DNA of 64,000 bases from positions 124,001-188,000 of the forward strand of contig NIVC01001746.1 in NCBI GenBank assembly GCA_002269645.1. The letters are read 5' to 3'. Below, piece by piece: positions 24,244 through 39,200 of this stretch. Origin of the DNA: Macrostomum lignano (taxonomy: Eukaryota). Under the pieces are notes generated by a model. That model was not told the DNA's origin and did not search any database. It worked only from the letters and a program-made list of their open reading frames with translations. The translations under genes and the position numbers were made by a program. The stretch's first letter is position 1; the number at the start of each line of letters is the position of its first letter.

Positions 24244-27200
24244 TCATTTCAGAGACATCAGGTGCTTCGCTCGCCGCCTCGGGCGCCAATAGCAGCGATT
24301 ATCTTTGATGCTGATTTTTGCAGCCCAGAAAAACTGTAGCCAAAAATTAGAGACTAACGCAATTCTCTGCACACCTGCGACCGCATGAGAGCTGCGGATA
24401 CTAAGGTAAGATACTGAGGATCTGGGAGGCTGGCCCAGCAACTGAGGATCTGGGAGGCTGGCCCAGCAACTGAGGATCTGGGAGGCTGGCCCAGCAACTG
24501 AGGATCTGGGAGGCTGGCCCAGCAACTGAGGATCTGGGAGGCTGGCCCAGCAACTGAGGATCTGGGAGGCTGGCCCAGCAACTGGGGATCTGGGAGGCTG
24601 GTGGCCCAGCAACTGGGGATATGGGAGGCTGGTGGCCGAGCTACTGGCGATCTGGGAGGCTGGCCCAGCAACTGAGGATTTGGGAGGCTGGCCCAGCAAC
24701 TGAGGATCTGGGAGGCTGGTGGCCCAGCAACTGAGGATCTGGGAGGCTGGTGGCCCAGCAACTGAGGATCTGGGAAGCTGGCCCAGCAACTGGGGATCTC
24801 TGAAAACTGAAGCAGAAAGCCACTTTTTGAAGGCTTATCAGGTATTTTAACGATTTCGATACAGATTGAATTATAATATTAGTATATTATAATAAATATT
24901 GTTCATTATTTCTGGTATTGGTGACATTTAACATTCAAATTTAAGCTAATATTAGCAACAATTTTATGTACAAACGCTCAGAAACCGGCACAACAAATAT
25001 TATTTAAATTATGAACGACTACTAAAATTTCCTATCAAAATCAATTAAAACTTAAAAAAGCAAACAATAGCTAAATTACAAGTTAAAAAAGTCATTTAAT
25101 GGCTAAAAGCAAAGGTGAACGCAGACCAGCAAGCAGAAGCGAAACAAGAAGATAAAAGTTAATCAAAGCATCGATTTTCAGTTAAATAATAATTTCATAT
25201 TATGTCGATAAAAGCCGAAACAAGCGAAAAAAGTGACTGCATGTACACAGAGAAAAAGTATTATTTCACGCAGTCTATCAGACATGATGCTAAAACAGAC
25301 GGAAAAATTAAATTAAATATAGCGCTGCATACTACTAATAACAACGCAAGAGTAGAAACTTGGGCGTTTTAATGTCAATAGAATTATTGAATACTGAGGG
25401 AATTCTGACGCGATCTCTTTGCTTCTGGAGATCTCAAACTACCTGACTCTCCATCTCAAACTAACTGACTCTCCATCTCAAACTACCTGACTCTCCATCT
25501 CAAACTAACTGACTCTCATCTCAAACTACCTGACTCTCCATCTCAAACTACCTGACCCTTATCTCAAACTACCTGACTCTCCATCTCAAACTACCTGACT
25601 CTCCATCTCAAACTACCTGACTCTCATCTCAAACTACCTGACTCTCCATCTCAAACTAACTGACTCTCCATCTCAAACTACCTGACTCTCCATCTCAAAC
25701 TACCTGACTCTCCATCTCAAACTAACTGACTCTCCATCTCAAACTACCTGACTCTCCATCTCAAACTAACTGACTCTCCATCTCAAACTACCTGACTCTC
25801 CATCTCAAACTACCTGACTCTCCATCTCAAACTACCTGACTCTCCATCTCAAACTACCTGACTCTCCATCTCAAACTACCTGACTCTCATCTCAAACTAC
25901 CGGACTCTCCATCTCAAACTAGCTGACTCTCCATCTCAAACTACCGGACTCTCCATCTCAAACTAGCTGACTCTCCATCTCAAACTACCTGACTCTCCTC
26001 TCAACCTACCTGACTCTTATCTCAACCTACCTGACTGTCATCTCAAACTACCTGACTCCTACTCAGCGTACGCTCTCAATAGTTTGGCCAATAGCCCAGC
26101 ATTTTGGGCAACTGCCAATGGTGCAAATTCGGGCAGTTCCATTAAATTGCTCAACTTGTCCAACAAGTTGGTAGCTCGTTGACGAAGCTCCAAATGATCA
26201 TCGTTGGAGCATCTGCACAGAAGTACATGGGAGTTTTCGTTGAACAGATAGGAAAGTTTACGCCAAGCCTGAGGCCTGTCTGTGCTCACGGCCGACAGGG
26301 CTTCCACGCACTCCCAGGCGTGATTGGCGAACCGGTGCCTCAGCTGGCAATGACGTTTGGGTTTGGGTTAGGTCAAGTCGTGACCGATGCCATCTGACCG
26401 ATGATCTATTTTTGACCTGCTATCATCTAACGCCCCATTGTTGACCCACTATCATCTAATGACCTATTGTTGACTCACTATCATCTAATGACTCATTGCT
26501 GAACCACTATCATCTAATGACCCATCGTTGACCCACTATCATCTAATGACCCATCGTTGACCCACTATCATCTATTGACCCATCGTTGACCCACTATCAT
26601 CTAATGACCCATCGTTGACCCACTATCATCTAATGACCCATCGTTGACCCACTATCATCTAATGACCCATCGTTGACCCACTATCATCTAATGACCCATC
26701 GTTGAACCACTATCATCTAATGACCCATTGTTGACCCTCTATCATCTAATGCCCCATTGTTGACCCACTATTATCTAATGACCCATTGTTGACCCACTAT
26801 CATTTAATGACTCATTGCTGACCCACTATCATCTAATGACTTTTTGTTGACCCACTATCATCTAATGACCCATTGTTGACCCACTATCATCTAATGACCT
26901 ATTGTTGACCCTCCAATGACCTATTGGAGGGTCAACAATGACCAATGACCTAATGACCTTTTGTTGACCCTCCTACTATCATCTAATGACCCATTGTTGA
27001 GCTGCTATCCATTCTCTGATCTACAGCTGACCCACAATCCATTCCTCTGACCCATAGCTGACTCACAATCCATTCCTCTGACCCATAGCTGACCCACAAT
27101 TCATTCTCTGATCCATAGCTGACCCACAATCCATTCTCTGACTCATAGCTGACCCACAATCCATTCTGACTCATAGCTGACCCACAATCCATTCTCTGAC

Positions 27201-28466
27201 TCATAGCTGACCCACAATCCATTCTCTGGCCCATAGCCGACCCACAATTCATTCTCTGACTCATAGCTGACCCACAATCCATTCTCTGACTCATAGCTGA
27301 CCCACAATCCATTCCTCTGACTCATAGCTGACCCACAATCCATTCTCTGACTCATAGCTGACCCACAATCCATTCTCTGGCCCATAGCTGACCCACAATC
27401 CATTCTCTGGCCCATAGCTGACCCACAATTCATTCTCTAACCCAACGCTGACCCACAATCCATTTCTCTGACTCATAGCTGACCCACAATCCATTCCTCT
27501 GACTTATAGCTGACCCACAATCCATTCTCTGACCCAACGCTGACCCACAATCCATTTCTCTGACTCATAGCTGACCCACAATCCATTCCTCTGACTCATA
27601 GCTGACCCACAATCCATTCTCTGACCCAACGCTGACCCACAATCCATTCCTCTGACTCATAGCTGACCCACAATCCATTCCTCTGACTCATAGCTGACCC
27701 ACAATTCATTCTCTGACCCATAGCTGACCCACAATCCATTCTCTGATCCATACGATCGTAACCAATAGCCAACGTTGTTCAGTTCACCTGCGGCACATTC
27801 TCAGCCAGGTTGCACAGGAACTCCACCAGACCGTAATCGTGTAGCGTGGGTCGCCCAGTGTCAGTAAGTGCCCGCCTCTCCAGGAGGCAGTACCGCAGCC
27901 TGAGCGAGGCAGTCAAATGGTCCAGATATTCCATACCGTAGACGCCCAGAAACCGGGTAGCAACCCGGTGCGGTTCAAATTGGGACAGCGGACTCAGCTC
28001 ACCGTAGGGCTCTTCTAAACTTCTAACAACCATTTTGGCCAGGTGCGCGAGAAAATTGGGCAGCCGATTGTCAGGCGGGACCGCCAAGCGACTGGCTTCG
28101 GCGATGTTGGCAGCTCTCATCACGGCTAGATAATGGTTCACCAGCTCGCCCATGTGCCTGTGGTATTCGCGCCCAAAGTCCAAGGTGTACGGACCCACCC
28201 GGAACCGCTCAGACGGCGTTGGTGACTCCTGAAAATCCGTCAGATTTCATGTAGGGAATGGAATGTAAGATATCATGAAGGGCAGGCAAGATGTCATGCA
28301 TGGCAATGAAGGGTATATAAGATATCATGACGTATTAGTTAACAATATATCATAAAGAGACAACAGAACGTTGTGTAATGAATGGGCCACGAAAGAACTT
28401 TAAAACAGTAGGAAAGTTAACTACTTGAAGGGATGATTTAAGTGCCATTGCGGGCTCATGATTCAT
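24244..28466 (-). CDS. Unidentified multi-exon alpha-helical protein (core exons firm, ends tentative)
   Basis: Firm exons 28228-27788 (tttcag|GAG ... CAG|gtgaac) and 26343-26063 join in phase 0 (NVPQ|[11 protein letters not shown]). Tentative exons: 28466-28425, 25424-25395, 24400-?, and possibly 22560-22482. No family recognised. Confidence 0.55.
24412..24800. repeat. 28-bp minisatellite GGAGGCTGGCCCAGCAACTGAGGATCTG
   Basis: Tandem array. Confidence 0.95.
25432..26058. repeat. 22-bp minisatellite TCTCAAACTACCTGACTCTCCA
   Basis: Tandem array filling almost the whole predicted intron. Confidence 0.96.
26400..26990. repeat. 29-bp minisatellite TTGACCCACTATCATCTAATGACCCATCG
   Basis: Tandem array. 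Confidence 0.95.
27020..27750. repeat. 30-bp minisatellite GACCCACAATCCATTCTCTGACTCATAGCT
   Basis: Tandem array. Confidence 0.95.
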
Positions 28467-28467
28467 G

Positions 28468-28965
28468 GATCGTGGGTCAAGTAAGGACCGTGAGTCAAGT
28501 AAGGACCGTGGGTCAAGTAAGGACCGTGGGTCAAGTAAGGACCGTGAGTCAAGTAAGGACCGTGGGTCAAGTAAGGACCGTGGGTCAAGTAAGGACCGTG
28601 GGTCAAGTAAGGACCGTGGGTCAAGTAAGGACCGTGGGTCAAGTAAGGACCGTGGGTCAAGTAAGGGATCGTTAGTCAAGTAAGGACCGTGGGTCAAGTA
28701 AGGACCGTGGGTCAAGTAAGGACCGTGGGTCAAGTAAGGACCGTGGGTCAAGTAAGGACCGTGGGTCAAGTAAGGACCGTGGGTCAAGTAAGGACCGTGG
28801 GTCAAGTAAGGACCGTGGGTCAAGTAAGGACCGTGGGTCAAGTAAGGACCGTGGGTCAAGTAAGGACCGTGGGTCAAGTAGAGATCGCGGATCAAGTAAA
28901 GAGTGGGTCAAGTAAGGATCTCGGGTCAAGTAAGGATCGTGGGTCAATAAGGGATCGTGGGTCAA
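28468..28965. repeat. 18-bp minisatellite GTGGGTCAAGTAAGGACC
   Basis: Tandem array. Confidence 0.96.
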
Positions 28966-29509
28966 AAAAGAGTTATGTTCTGCTCAAACTCCAGGGCCTA
29001 TTCTTAAATTAGTTAGATATAGATATACTAAGATAACCGACAAACGAGCATCAGATATTCGTATTCGTAACAATAATAATGTTGATAGTATATTTTTATG
29101 GCGCATGATCAGCCACGAGTGGCATATAAACAAAAGCATTATGAAGCAACACATGTACGAGTATGATATGCACACATGCACACAGCTGGTTAAGGGACAA
29201 AGAAGTAAACGAAGGCCGCATGCTATTTATAAATAATAAATTACAGCGCTTGTTAAGAGAGGAAGCAGTTTAGGGAATGATGATAAACAAGTTTAGAGGA
29301 TATTTAGTGTCATAAAAAATAGCTGGGACTCACTAGGATGTGCATAACTGCCTGCTCACTCACTCATGGCTCTTTGAACTGACGAAGCGCGGTTTTACAC
29401 ATAATAGAATAGCGATGACTAGTAAATAGTACAGGCTGAGTCTGTCTTTCAGGCCTTGCATTAGTGATGCATTTAAAAGGCTTCAATGTACTTATAAATA
29501 CAGAATGGT

Positions 29510-30020
<511 letters not shown>

Positions 30021-30265
30021 CTCTGTCTGTCTGTCTATCAGTCGGTCTTTCTGTCTATTTATTAACTAGGTAGACAAGTTTATTGAATATGAGAGAATAG
30101 GCAATGATTTATAGACAAGCAGGTTAAAGTTCTGAAAAACAAGGTTCCAAAAATTCGGTTAAACGATAAGCACAACAACGCAGTTGAATTCAATGTCAGT
30201 AAAACAGACAGTGAGAGAATAGTTTTGGACGAAAAAACAACAACTAACTGGCGCAGAAATCATCT

Positions 30266-32376
<2,111 letters not shown>

Positions 32377-32401
32377 TTCTGCCGATCACTCATCCAAATC
32401 A

Positions 32402-32402
<1 letters not shown>

Positions 32403-32478
<76 letters not shown>
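32403..32478. repeat. (CT)n
   Basis: Dinucleotide array. Confidence 0.95.
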
Positions 32479-32480
<2 letters not shown>

Positions 32481-32619
32481 TGACTTTGAGATTGAGAACT
32501 TTGAGATTGAGACGTTTAGCTGACTATTATTTAAATCCCGCAGAAAAAGGTCATCTTTATAATATTGAACCTCCATTTTTTTCGAACTAAGGCAAGAAGT
32601 CTAGCCTCAAAAGTTGGGG

Positions 32620-32860
32620 ACTGACAAACCGTCGGGTAAGAACATCAGGGTTGACGACCATCTCCTACGACCCATCCCACTGGTCCTTCCATTTCAACCC
32701 AGCTTCGGTCTTGCTCGCCAACGAGGCGGCGGCTGAACACTTTGAAAAGCTGCTGCAACAAAAACCAGGCTCTCGCATACTGCCCGCATTTACACGGCAA
32801 CGAAATTTACAGAGCCTCCTGGCTCCCAATAAGTTCAAGTCTCAGCCAGGAAACCACTGA
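32620..32860 (+). mobile_element. Possible Penelope-like retroelement fragment (RT to GIY-YIG linker)
   Basis: Isolated ORF reading ISYDP...ILPAFTRQRNLQSLL, resembling the (T/P)Y(H/D)P...P..AFRR.xNLxxLL linker of Penelope-like elements; recognised from memory only. Confidence 0.35.
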
Positions 32861-33619
32861 ATCGTTTTAACCGATGCGTTTCTATAGCTCATTTTACCTG
32901 TACAGCCGCAATAGTAACCTACATTGTCATCTATTTTATTGATATTTCTCATTTTTACTAGCAATATTGACTTGTACGCTCGTTGTACTTCGAAAAATAC
33001 TTTTTTAATACACTAAATATAGTGTCTATGAAAATGACTCTTGGACAAGGTAGAGGTAGAGGACAAGATAGAACATGTTGATGGATGTTCAGGCCTTATA
33101 TGCACACCTGCTCATCGATTTTATCAAACTAACATGGATCGTATTAAAAAGGCAAATATGCATTCCATTATGCGTCAATGCTTGGCTTGACCGGTTGCTA
33201 AGAGGCTTACAACCGGTTGCCAACTCAATAGTATACGTCGTGACCTCCCTTTCTTTGCTTTGAGACTATGAGACTTAAGACATTCAGCTGACCATTGTTT
33301 GTTCGAGACCATTTTGTTTTCTTCTGGCCCAGATGCGGGCCAGTTCGTTAATTGCAAAACAATAACGCAATTCTATTTTATAGATATTTCTAAAGATCCC
33401 CTTCCAGGTTCGCTTCTGAATTTTAATCGTTTTAATTAAATTTATCATTGCAGCTTGTGATATTTTATATTTTAAAAGAAACCCGTATTCAGGTACACAG
33501 ACTAATAAATCACATCCTGGACCTGAACTTTTATTTTGCTTTAAAAGAATTGGCATTTGATTTCTAGCGACTTTCTGCTTTATCAACACCCTTATGAGCA
33601 CTATGAATCTGTGTCTGCC

Positions 33620-34297
33620 TACTGAATGACCACAGACCCTACTGAATGACCACAGACCGAACTGAATGACCACAGACCGAACTGAATGACCACAGACCGA
33701 ACTGAATGACCACAGACCGAACTGAAGACCGAACTGAATGACCACAGACCGAACTGAATGACCGCAGACCGAACTGAATGACCACAGACCGAACTGAATG
33801 ACCACAGACCGAACTGAATGACCACAGACCGAACTGAATGACCACAGACCGAACTGAATGACCACAGACCCTATTGAATGACCACAGACCGAACTGAATG
33901 ACCACAGACCCTACTGAATGACCACAGATCCAACTGAATGACCACAGACCGAACTGAATGACCACAGACCCTACTGAATGACCACAGACCGAACTGAATG
34001 ACCACAGACCCCACTAAATGAACACAGACCCCACTAAATGAACACAGACCCCACTAAATGAACACAGACCCCACTAAATGAACACAGACCCCACTAAATG
34101 AACACAGACCCTACTAAATGAACACAGACCCCACTAAATGAACACAGACCCCACTAAATGAACACAGACCCCACTAAATGAACACAGACCCCACTAAATG
34201 AACACAGACCCCACAAATGAACACAGACCCCACTAAATGAACACAGACCCTACTAAATGAACACAGACCCCACTAAATGAACACAGACCCCACTAAA
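33620..34297. repeat. 20-bp minisatellite GAACTGAATGACCACAGACC changing to CCACTAAATGAACACAGACC
   Basis: Tandem array with two domains. Confidence 0.96.
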
Positions 34298-34869
34298 TAA
34301 TCAAACCAACACGACAAAGTAGCCTTACCTATTAAAGTAGAATTGAGCAGATCTCGCAGGGACACAATAGACATGTTGAAATAGCTGCAAAAAACTCTGC
34401 TGTGGACTCCCACAAGAAGCTTAGTTGAATTTAAAACTGGCTGACTAACTATTAGCGCAGAAAAAAAACTATTTTTTTTCTCTTGGGTTTCAATTGTCAA
34501 GTAAACAGGCACTTGAATAAAATATTAGCAATAGAGGCCAGCGCACAACATGCATACTGGCATGTTACAGAAGATCATTTATTTCTGACTTGGCTTGCCC
34601 ATTGCATGGGGGGATCAGATAATGGGAGGTTTTTTGGGGACTAAGCTGTAATCTTATTGGCTGAGACAATAATAGAACGTGCCCCCGCTCCCCCGCTCAG
34701 CAGCCCATGGACATGGAAGCTCTAGTTTAGATTGAGTAACCGGACTAGAAACTGGCCGGGATAAAGCTTTTATTTATATGCTATAAGTTCCAAGAGTCAT
34801 CTACAAATTCCTAACTCTAAAACTCCCTAACTCTACAACTCCCTTAACTTTACCACTCCCAATCTTCAC

Positions 34870-35832
34870 ATTTACAACCCCAAGCTTCCCAATCCCCCGG
34901 CTTCACAACCTCCAGCTTCACAACTTTAAGCTTCACAATCCCAAGCTTCACAATCCCATAGCTTCACAATCCCATAGCTTCACAATCCCCAAGCTTCACA
35001 ATCCCCAAGCTTCACAATCCCCAAGCTTTACATTCCCCAAGCTTCACAATCCCATAGCTTCACAATCCCCAAGCTTCACATTCCCCAAGCTTCACAATCC
35101 CCAAGCTTCACAATCCCCAAGCTTCACAATCCCCAAGCTTTACAATCCCATAGCTTCACAATCCCCAAACTTCACAAGCTCCAAGCATCACAATCCACAA
35201 GCTTCACAATCCTAAAGCTTCACAATCCCCAAGATTCACAATCACCAAACTTCACAATCCTAAAGCTTCAGAATCCCATAGCCTCAGAATCCCATAGCTT
35301 CACGATCCCCAAGCTTCACGATCCTAAAGCTTCACAACCCCCAAGCTTCGCAATCCCCAAGATTCACAATCACCAAGCTTTACAATCCCATAGCTTCAGA
35401 ATCCCATAGCTTCAGAATCCCATAGCTTCACAATCCCCAAACTTCACAAGCGCCAAGCATCACAATCCACAAGCTTCACAATCCTAAAGCTTCACAATCC
35501 CCAAGATTCACAATCCACAAGCTTCACAATCCTAAAGCTTCACAATCCCCAAGATTCACAATCCCCAAGCTTCACAATCCTAAAGCTTCAGAATCCCATA
35601 GCTTCAGAATCCCATAGCTTCACAATCCCCAAGATTCACAATCCCCAAGCTTCACAATCCTAAAGCTTCAGAATCCCATAGCTTCAGAATCCCATAGCTT
35701 CACAATCCCCAAACTTCACAAGCTCCAAGCATCACAATCCACAAGCTTCACAATCCACAAGCTTCACAATCCTAAAGCTTCACAATCCCCAAGCTTCACA
35801 ATCCCCAAGCTTTACAATCCCCAAGCTTTACA
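34870..35832. repeat. 15-16-bp minisatellite CCC(C)AAGCTTCACAAT, left part
   Basis: Array interrupted by the BEL element. Confidence 0.95.
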
Positions 35833-35837
35833 TTCGC

Positions 35838-36140
35838 TGTTCTGGAGCTGCCACTGTCTCGTGGTATTTCTTAAACTTTTCGTTTGCAATAGCTACATGT
35901 ACGTTCAATTAGGCTAGCATTTATTTTGCTCATACGTACAGTCCCTAATTATTGATCGCACCACTTTCATTCTTCACTGATCGCCCCACCCCACATTACG
36001 CTCACGTGTATTGTACGCTTTCACTCAGCTCATTAAATATATCGACCCAGAGCATCTCGCTCAAAAGGCCTTTTCGTTTTTCATCGTTGCAATAGCGCAG
36101 CATATAGTTTGTCTTTCATCTCGAGTTATTCTAGCAACCA
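35838..36140 (+). repeat. BEL 5' LTR (303 bp)
   Basis: Direct repeat of 42633-42935. Confidence 0.96.
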
Positions 36141-36142
36141 TT

Positions 36143-36160
36143 TGGTAGCAGAGCGTGGTT
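36143..36160 (+). promoter_or_regulatory. Primer-binding site, tRNA-iMet type
   Basis: TGGTAGCAGAGCGTGGTT 2 nt after the LTR; TGGTAGCAGAG is complementary to the 3' end of metazoan initiator tRNA-Met. Confidence 0.8.
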
Positions 36161-36204
36161 ACTCAAGCCACAGTACATCGTGTCCAATAGTCTGTTAGAT
36201 CAGT

Positions 36205-39200
36205 ATGAGCGACGACGAAAAACAGAAGCAAGCGCCAGAGCCCGATGTTGCTTCGCTGAATGCTCTGAGGCGACAAAAGACCAAGTTCAAGTCTGCGCTG
36301 ACCAAGAATCGTGTGGTGCCGGAGCGCTGAGCTCTAGGCACTGGCTAACTAACTAGCTTATGCTATGTACGTGCATCGTACGTGCACACCATTCTTTCCT
36401 CTCCCTTCGCTCTGACTGGCCATCCCCTAAGCCGCCATGTACTTGTACGTAGTTATTTATCATCACGTGACTTTATTTCGGTGTTCTCTCGGCCCTTGCT
36501 CGTGTCATTATTTAATAAGCTACTTGCTAGTTAAAATAAACCTTGAGTTTCTTTATGCCAAATTCACGGCACGACAAATCGAAATAAACTGGCCTGGCTA
36601 TTACAAGACGGTTCTGACAAGAGCGAAATTCAGCACCAATGCGAAGCCGTAACCGAGATCTTCGAGGGAACAATCGAGGCGCTGTACGAGTTGAGCGACG
36701 AGTTGCAACGAAACAACAGCGACGCAGCACAGCACTCTCGGCTGCTCGATGAAATAGAAACCGTCGAGGAGGACTACCGCGTCAGCATGCGAGAGGTCCA
36801 GCGTTTCCTAGCAACTCAGCAGTCACCATCTGCAGCGGCACAAGTTCCTCAGGAGACAGCGGCAGCGTCGGCAGCAGAGCCGGCGGCAGAGTCGGCGGCA
36901 GCGACAGCCCAATCGCTGGGTGCAGTCAATCTAGATCGGCAAATCGGATTCAGTGTTGCAGAGCCGGACTTCATGCGAGGACAGAGACAGCAGAGGCCCT
37001 ACAGAGACCTTGGTGAGTTTGGCTACCTGCCTTCTTCAAATCAGCATGCGGGTTTCGAGATAAGAGCGGAGGATTGAACAAGCTCTTCTGAATCAGTAGA
37101 CGAATGCAGGCTCGGCAACTCTTCGGAGCAAGAGCTGTCGAAGGATCTCTGGAAGATGTTGCGCAGAGTGGAGATTCCAACATTCTATGGCGACAAGCAA
37201 CAGTATGAAGCGTGGAAGGCTGCCTTCATGGCATGCATCGATAGGGCTCCAGCAACACCAGAGTTCAAACTGCTGCAGTTGCGTCAGTATTTGCGTGGAT
37301 CAGCGCTGAAGGTGATAGAGCACTTGGGTCATTCGGCTGCTGCCTATCAGGCGGCCAAGGAGAGATTGGAGCGTGAGTACGGCGGCAAGCGACGACAGTT
37401 GGCGCACTACTTGGAAGAGCTAGATAGTTTTCCACCCGTGAAGCAGAATAGTGCCGAGGAGCTGAAGAAATTCGCAAACATCCTCGATGTGGCTGTAATT
37501 AATTTGGAAGAAGCTGGTAAGAACTCCGAACTTAGTGATGGACTGCTTTATGCTAGATTGCAAAAAAAGTTACCAGAGCCGATGGTCGCAGCATTTCGAC
37601 GATGGATCTTCGAGAAGGCGAAAGCAGAAGGCGTTAGAACCCTTCGAGAGTGGGTTTTGCGTGAGGCAGAGTTCCGGACTGAGGCAGCAGAAATTGTGTA
37701 CGGGGTGGCCGCATCGAGTCAGGAGCAACCAAGAAAGGACAGCAAGCAGAAGGCCTTCCATGTAGCGCAGCTAAGCAAGAGCTCAAGCAAGGGGAGCTAC
37801 TCCTGTGTAGTCTGCAAGGAGGCGCACGATCTATGGAAGTGTCCCGCATTCGGGAAACTGTCGTCTGAGAACAGATGGAAGGCTGCTCAGGAAGCCAAAG
37901 CCTGTTTCCGCTGTCTTGGCCATGGTCACACCGGTATGAACTGCCGACGAGGTCGAAAGTGCGGCGTTGATGGATGCACCAAATCCCACCATCGTCTGCT
38001 GCATTCGACAGCAAGGTCGGAATCGAAAGAGAAGTCAGAAGTCAAAGCCGGTGCTGAGCAAGAAATGCAGTCGAAGCCGAAAGCTGCAACCGTGACAATG
38101 GTCGCTAGAGAAGCCAGTGCGGTTTCACTTCGAACGGTTCCGGTCATTCTTAAGGCGAATAGGCGAGCGGTGAAGGTCAATGCCTTACTTGATGACGCCA
38201 GCACAAAGACCTATTTGAATACGGCGATAGCATCCAAGCTTGGCCTGCACGGCAAACAGGAATCAATGCAGGTAAACGTGTTGAACGGACAGGTGGAAAC
38301 CTTCATAACAGCACCAGTGTCATGCACCTTGGAGAGTACTGACGGCCAAATAAGCAAGGAGATTACTGCGCTGACGGTAGATAGAGTGACCGGGAACATG
38401 GAAGTAGTAGATTGGCAAGAATTGGCGTCGAAGTGGTCGCACTTAGCAAACATTCCGTTTCCAAGAATGCAAACACCAGCGGAGGTTGACTTGCTGATCG
38501 GAGTCGATCATCCAGACTTGCATGCATCACAGTTGGAAGTGACCGGCAACCCAGGAGATCCGCAAGCACGGCTGACACCTTTAGGTTGGACTTGTATCGG
38601 TAGAGTTGATGGAGCTTCGGAGCACGCGTTGTTTGCAAACACGTTCTTCAGCCGAGGCGGGTCTGAGAATCTAGCGCCACTGTTACGCCAGTTTTGGGAA
38701 GTAGAAGAGGTGAGAAGCATCGAACCATCTTCATTTACTAATGCAGAGCAGCTCGCTTTGGAAAGAACTCGATCATCGCTAAAGTTCGTCGATGGGCGAT
38801 ACCAAGTTGGCATTCCGTGGAAACCGGATGTCACGTTTAATGATAGCAACTTTGAAATGGCTATCAGGCGGCTTGCAAATACCGAGAAGAGGCTCCGCAA
38901 AGATCCGGATCTAGCAAAGCAGTATCAGGACGTCATCAGTCGCTACGAAAATGCTGGCTACATCAGAAGAGTACTGGAGCATGAGCAACAACCAGCGAAC
39001 AGGTATCACCTTCCTCATTTCCCAGTGGTTCGAATGGATAAGGCAACTACCAAGGTGCGCATCGTCTTTGATGCTTCAGCTGGCGGTGAGGAGTCGTTAA
39101 ATAGCCTTATGCTGGCAGGACCGAAGCTTCAGAAAGATCTGGTTGATGTGCTCCTACGCTTCAGGAGACATCCAGTGGCGGTTGCTTGCGACATTTCTGA

